From NCBI RefSeq assembly GCF_009914755.1, contig NC_060935.1: DNA of 64,000 nucleotides. One strand, written 5' to 3'. Positions 57,467 through 64,000 of the stretch are shown here, piece by piece (the first letter of the stretch is position 1; each line of letters begins with the position of its first letter). Source of the DNA: the human T2T-CHM13v2.0 reference genome, Homo sapiens. The notes under the pieces are model-generated. The model made no database searches and was not told the DNA's origin. It worked only from the letters and a program-made list of their open reading frames with translations. A program made the position numbers and the translations under genes.

Positions 57467-58021
57467 CACTGACTTAGGGAACAAAAATACAGGAAAGGCA
57501 TAAAAACAAGGAAGGTGGTGTTCAGGAACTCAGATTTGCTTTGAAAAGAATAACAAAGGCTACTTTTAGCTTTTTTTCAAAGTATACACCTATTCTCATC
57601 AATTTATATGTCAACTTCAAATTCTGCCTTTTTAAACACCTCTAATCATTAATGATACTTAAGCTGGTCTCACATTTAACCCAACAACTTTGCAGTACTT
57701 GTTGTACTGTCCTTATGATGCAGCAGAAACTCAATAAATCTATACAATGTCTATTTTGTTGATCTTCAACAACTTAAAAAGCTAGCAGTAAGGCAAGGTC
57801 AGCACTGCTTTAATGAGGCTTAATCTTGTTTATATGAACTGAGCCATAATCAATTAATTTCTTATATCCTCTGTAGCTTAAAAATGTACTCAGGTCAGGC
57901 ATAGTGGCTCACACCTGTAATTCCAGCACTTTGGGAGGCTAATTCGAGAGGATCGCTTGAGCACAGGAGTTCGAGACCAGCGTGGGCAATATAGGGAGAC
58001 CCTGTCTCTCCAAACAATTTA

Positions 58022-58132
<111 letters not shown>

Positions 58133-58707
58133 CTATGGCACTCCAGCCTGAACAACAGAGTAAGACCCTATCTCAAAAAAAAAAAAAAAAAAAAAAAAAA
58201 CAAACCAAAACCAAAACCAAAAAAACCTCAACAGCACAAATACCAATAAGATATTAAAACACTCTTAGACAAAGTTTAGGTTCACAACCTAAAAAAAAGA
58301 CTGGGTCACTCGAGATCATCTTTATATTTTTGGAAATATCTTTGAATGGCCAGGTATGGTGGCTCATGTCTGTAATCCCAACACTTTGGAAGGCTGAGGT
58401 GGAAGGACTGATTGAGCCCAGGAGTTCGAAACTAGCCTGGGCAGCATAATGAGACCCCCATCTCTACAAAACATACAAAAATTAGCCGGACATTGTGACG
58501 CACGCCTGTAGTCCCAGCTACACAGCTGATGTGGGAGGATGGCTTCCGCCCAGGAGGTGGAGGCTGCAGTGAGCCATGATTGTGCCACTGTACCCCAGCC
58601 TGGGTGACAGAGCAAGACTCTGTCTCAAAAATAAAATCTTTGAGATAAAATTCATATACCACAAAATTCATCCATTTAATGTATACTATTAAATGGTTTT
58701 TGATATA

Positions 58708-59351
<644 letters not shown>

Positions 59352-59547
59352 CATCCACAGAGTATAACCAACACCACCATCTGATTCCAGAAAATTTTAA
59401 TCATTCTCCCAAAAAATCTCTTAGCTTTAGCAATGACTCCATGTTCTTGTCTCCCCTCAGCCCCTGGCAAACGCTAATCTACATTCTGTCTCTATGCATT
59501 TACCAATTCTGGACATTTCATACAAATGAAATCGTATAATATGTAGC

Positions 59548-59906
59548 TATGATGGTTAATTTTATATGTCAAATTGGACTAGGCTATAATACCCAGTTAT
59601 TTAATCAAACATTAAGCATTACTGTGAAGGTATTTTGTAGATATAATATCTACAATCAGTTGACTTTAGGTAAAGAATACTACCCTCCATAATGTGGATG
59701 GGTCTCATCCAATCATGCCAATGAAGGCATAAGAGCAAAACCCGAGGCTTCTAAGAAAAGGAGTTCTATCTCAAGACTACAGCATGAACTCCTGCCTGAT
59801 TTTCCAGCCTGCTGGCCTGCCCGAGAAATTTCAGACTTGTCAGGCCTCCATAATCAATTCCCTAAAATAAATCCTACTGGTTCCATGGAGAACACTGACA
59901 GATACA
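59548..59906 (+). mobile_element. MLT2-type LTR nested in L1
   Basis: tatgatggttaattttatatgtcaa start, ...gataca end; 5-bp TSD GTAGC/GTGGC. Confidence 0.75.
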
Positions 59907-60781
59907 GTGGCCTTTTGTATCTGGCTTCTTTCACTTAGCATGTTTTCAAAGTTCATGTTGTAGCATGTATCAATATTTCCTTCCTTTTTGTGGCTGAATA
60001 ATATTCCATTGTATAGATATACCATGCATTATTTTTATATTCATCAACTGAATATTCGGATTGTCTCTACTTTTTGGCTATTATGAATAATGCTGCTGTG
60101 AACATTTGTGTACAAGTTTTTATGTGGATGCACATTTTCCTTTCTCTTAGGTATATGACCACAGATCTTTTTCTCATTGAGCAGGCAAGACCTTTCAAAA
60201 GGGGGTTGCAATAGACCCCGGTATCAAAAGATGTGTTGTAATGGAATATTTTAAAAGACAGTTCCCCAGAGGGGCAGCCCAGTGGAGAAACATTTTTAAA
60301 AAGAGAGGAAAAAAAAAAAAAAAGCTTCAGGCTGGATTACATTATATTCTATTTAATAACCCAGAAGAACTATTTGGCACTTCCCCTCGCATCAAATGGT
60401 CATATTTAGCTCTAGCAGCAGCACATCAGGATGCATCCATCAATTCTGAATCTGAGTCAAGGCACCAGGCTGCTTCATTGTTTGAGCTTCATGGAAAGCA
60501 GCTGGACAAGAGTTTCTTTTATCCTAAGCATATCCATTTTATTACACTGCAAGCCAACTCAGTCATTCTGCTACACCCCAATGAATGATCCACCACAGTG
60601 AAGCTTGTCATTTAAATACAACATCAGAGATTTTGCCAAGATTTGTAACTCTGAAGCCAAGAGCTTTAGAAAATATTAAGCCACTTTAAAACATATCTGT
60701 TCCTTGCATTTAAACTGTATCATCTAAGCCAGATTAAGAAAATAAGGAGACATTAGTCTAGAAACATGTGTACACCGACTA

Positions 60782-61136
<355 letters not shown>

Positions 61137-61850
61137 TTACCCAGGAGATAACATATTGTTTCGACTGTAGAAAATATAAATTTCTTGATGGCTTTACATA
61201 AGAGATTTATAACTGGTTAGAATTAGGAGTTAGGAATATTCAAAGAATGCTGCATCCTTAACTTTAATAATCACCACAGTTTTTAAAAATTTTCTCAGAA
61301 CATCAGAGTCAGAGAAAGAAAGTAGGCCTGGAAAACCAATGGTTCCATTAGAACTGCTTAGCTGGATGGCTAAGAGGATAAAAATTAATAACCTGCCCCA
61401 AAAGATGCTATTCATAATTGCTATGGAGTTAAATGTAAATTTTACTGTTATTGTGTTTACAAAAACATACCTGATTATAAAATGTAATAATATCAGATAG
61501 GTGTCTCATGGAGTCTCCAGTCCAACCTCTATGTTAGAAATGGCCCAGAACACCTGTGTATTTACTGGCAATCACACGGTTTATAGCAGAGTCTGAATTA
61601 GAATCCAGATCGCCTAACTCAGCCCCAAAATATTCTCACTACAACACATCTCATTTTTTTTTTTTAGAAATACATAGGGTCTTGCTTGATTTGTCACCCA
61701 GGCGGCTGGAGTACAGTGGCATGACCTTGGCTCACTGTGGCCTCAAACTCCTGGGCTCCAGTGAGTCTCCCACCTTAGCTTCCCGAGTAACTGGGACTAC
61801 AAGCACACACCACCACAACTGGCTATTAATAATTTTTGTATTTTTTGTAG

Positions 61851-62097
<247 letters not shown>

Positions 62098-62654
62098 TAG
62101 TAGAGACAGGTTTCACCACGTTGGCCAGGTTGGTCTCGAACGCCTGACCTCATGATCCACCCACCTCAGCTTCCCAAAGAGCTGGGATTACAGGCGTGAG
62201 CCACAATGCCTGGCTCCACCACTTTCATCTCTAGTTTTTAATTTAACTCCAACACTTGGATCTCTAGTTCTAACCTCCTTTCCCTAATTTCCACCTGCCT
62301 CTTGGATAATGCCAGTACTTCAGAAAGGTCTACAACCAAACTTCTATCTTATCCTCCCTCACCTTCAGACTCTACTTCTGTTAACCATGCTGGCACTGTC
62401 CTAAACAAGCTGTAAATATCCTTCTGCCTATCAGTTTCCAAATGATTTTGGTTCAGCCTTTACATTTGTCTCCCATCAGACTCTACTGTATACTAAGAAT
62501 GTCATTAAAAAACAAAACAAACAAACAAAAAAAAAAACAGAGTTACTGCCTAAGGCTGGAGTTGGGGATAGGGAACTGGATGGGTTCAAGCTGTGTAGGT
62601 AACAACCTTCCTCACTATACCATCCTCAGTACACGCCCCTCATTCAACACAAGC

Positions 62655-62877
62655 TCATGATTAAGAGCAAGAACTCTGGAGCTAATCTGCCTGGATTAGA
62701 TTCTCTGCTCTACCATATCTAGCGTTAGTTCTGTGACCATGGGCAAGTTACGGGCCTCAGTTTCCTCATTAGTAAAATACTGCTCATTATATGGTTATTA
62801 TGATGATTAAATTAATATATAAAGTGCTTAGAACAGTGCCTGGCACAGAGTATGCACTATAAAGGTTAATTGTTATT
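62655..62877 (+). mobile_element. MIR SINE, near full length (other MIR fragments near 8950-9050, 11690-11908, 15340-15480, 35640-35750)
   Basis: Core tgtgaccatgggcaagtta..gcctcagtttcctcat and tail aaagtgcttagaacagtgcctggcaca. Confidence 0.75.
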
Positions 62878-63199
62878 CAGAAAGAGATTATCTTGGTAGT
62901 GATGGGGAAGGGAAATAACAGAACCTCTATGGGAAAAAGGTGAACAGTAGTTTCTAAAAGACCCTCTCCCTAAAACACTAGTTGAGAGGTACTGCTCTAG
63001 GCTAGAAATCCAACACTGCCCCAGACATGAGACAAGTCATCTTCAGATCTGTGAAAGAAAATGGAGAGTCTATTTGGGGCTTCTAAAGGTTGTTCAGCCC
63101 TGAGGAGGTTGACTTTGGAGACAGAGTCTTGGAGCATGACCTATTAATTAATGACCTTTTGTTTTAAATTAACTTCCTTATTTTTTTGTACCAGGCTCA

Positions 63200-63445
<246 letters not shown>

Positions 63446-63560
63446 TTAAACCTGGGTAGCAGAGGTTGCAGTGAGCCAAGATCATGCCATTGCACTCCAG
63501 CCTGAGTGACAGAGCAAGACTCCATCTCCAAAAACAACAACAACAACAAAAAACCCTTCA

Positions 63561-63692
<132 letters not shown>

Positions 63693-63757
63693 TTAGCCAG
63701 GCACGGTGGCTCACGCCTGTAATTCCACCACTTTGGGAGGCCGAGGGGGGTGGATCA

Positions 63758-63999
<242 letters not shown>

Positions 64000-64000
64000 A

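Overview
This is human-type genomic DNA, recognised from protein sequence as the UEVLD / SPTY2D1OS / SPTY2D1 interval (chr11p15.1 from memory). Minus strand: UEVLD coding exons 1-6 (204 codons; the gene continues off the left edge) with a CpG-island promoter at about 24.4-25.0 kb, and SPTY2D1 coding exons 2-6 plus a ~3.5 kb 3'UTR (exon 1 is not in the window). Plus strand: a spliced 59-aa single-pass membrane microprotein ORF (SPTY2D1OS) that the ORF track cannot show. A decayed MTCH1 processed pseudogene lies at 30.7-32.7 kb. The rest is roughly 60-65 Alus plus L1, L2, MIR, LTR and DNA-transposon relics, and nearly all other ORF-track entries are Alu or antisense shadows. I cannot support a wholly new biological system here. 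The most unusual items read directly from the sequence are: (1) an ERV 3' end whose LTR8 stops at the polyadenylation site and carries an A-tail, apparently a retrocopied viral mRNA; (2) a 150-bp, ~97%-identical local duplication starting at a G-quadruplex motif and inserted into an L2 tail; (3) an unidentified 44-nt hairpin retroposed with an A-tail and TSD; (4) the microprotein gene. Repeat subfamily names are from memory of consensus sequences and need RepeatMasker confirmation.
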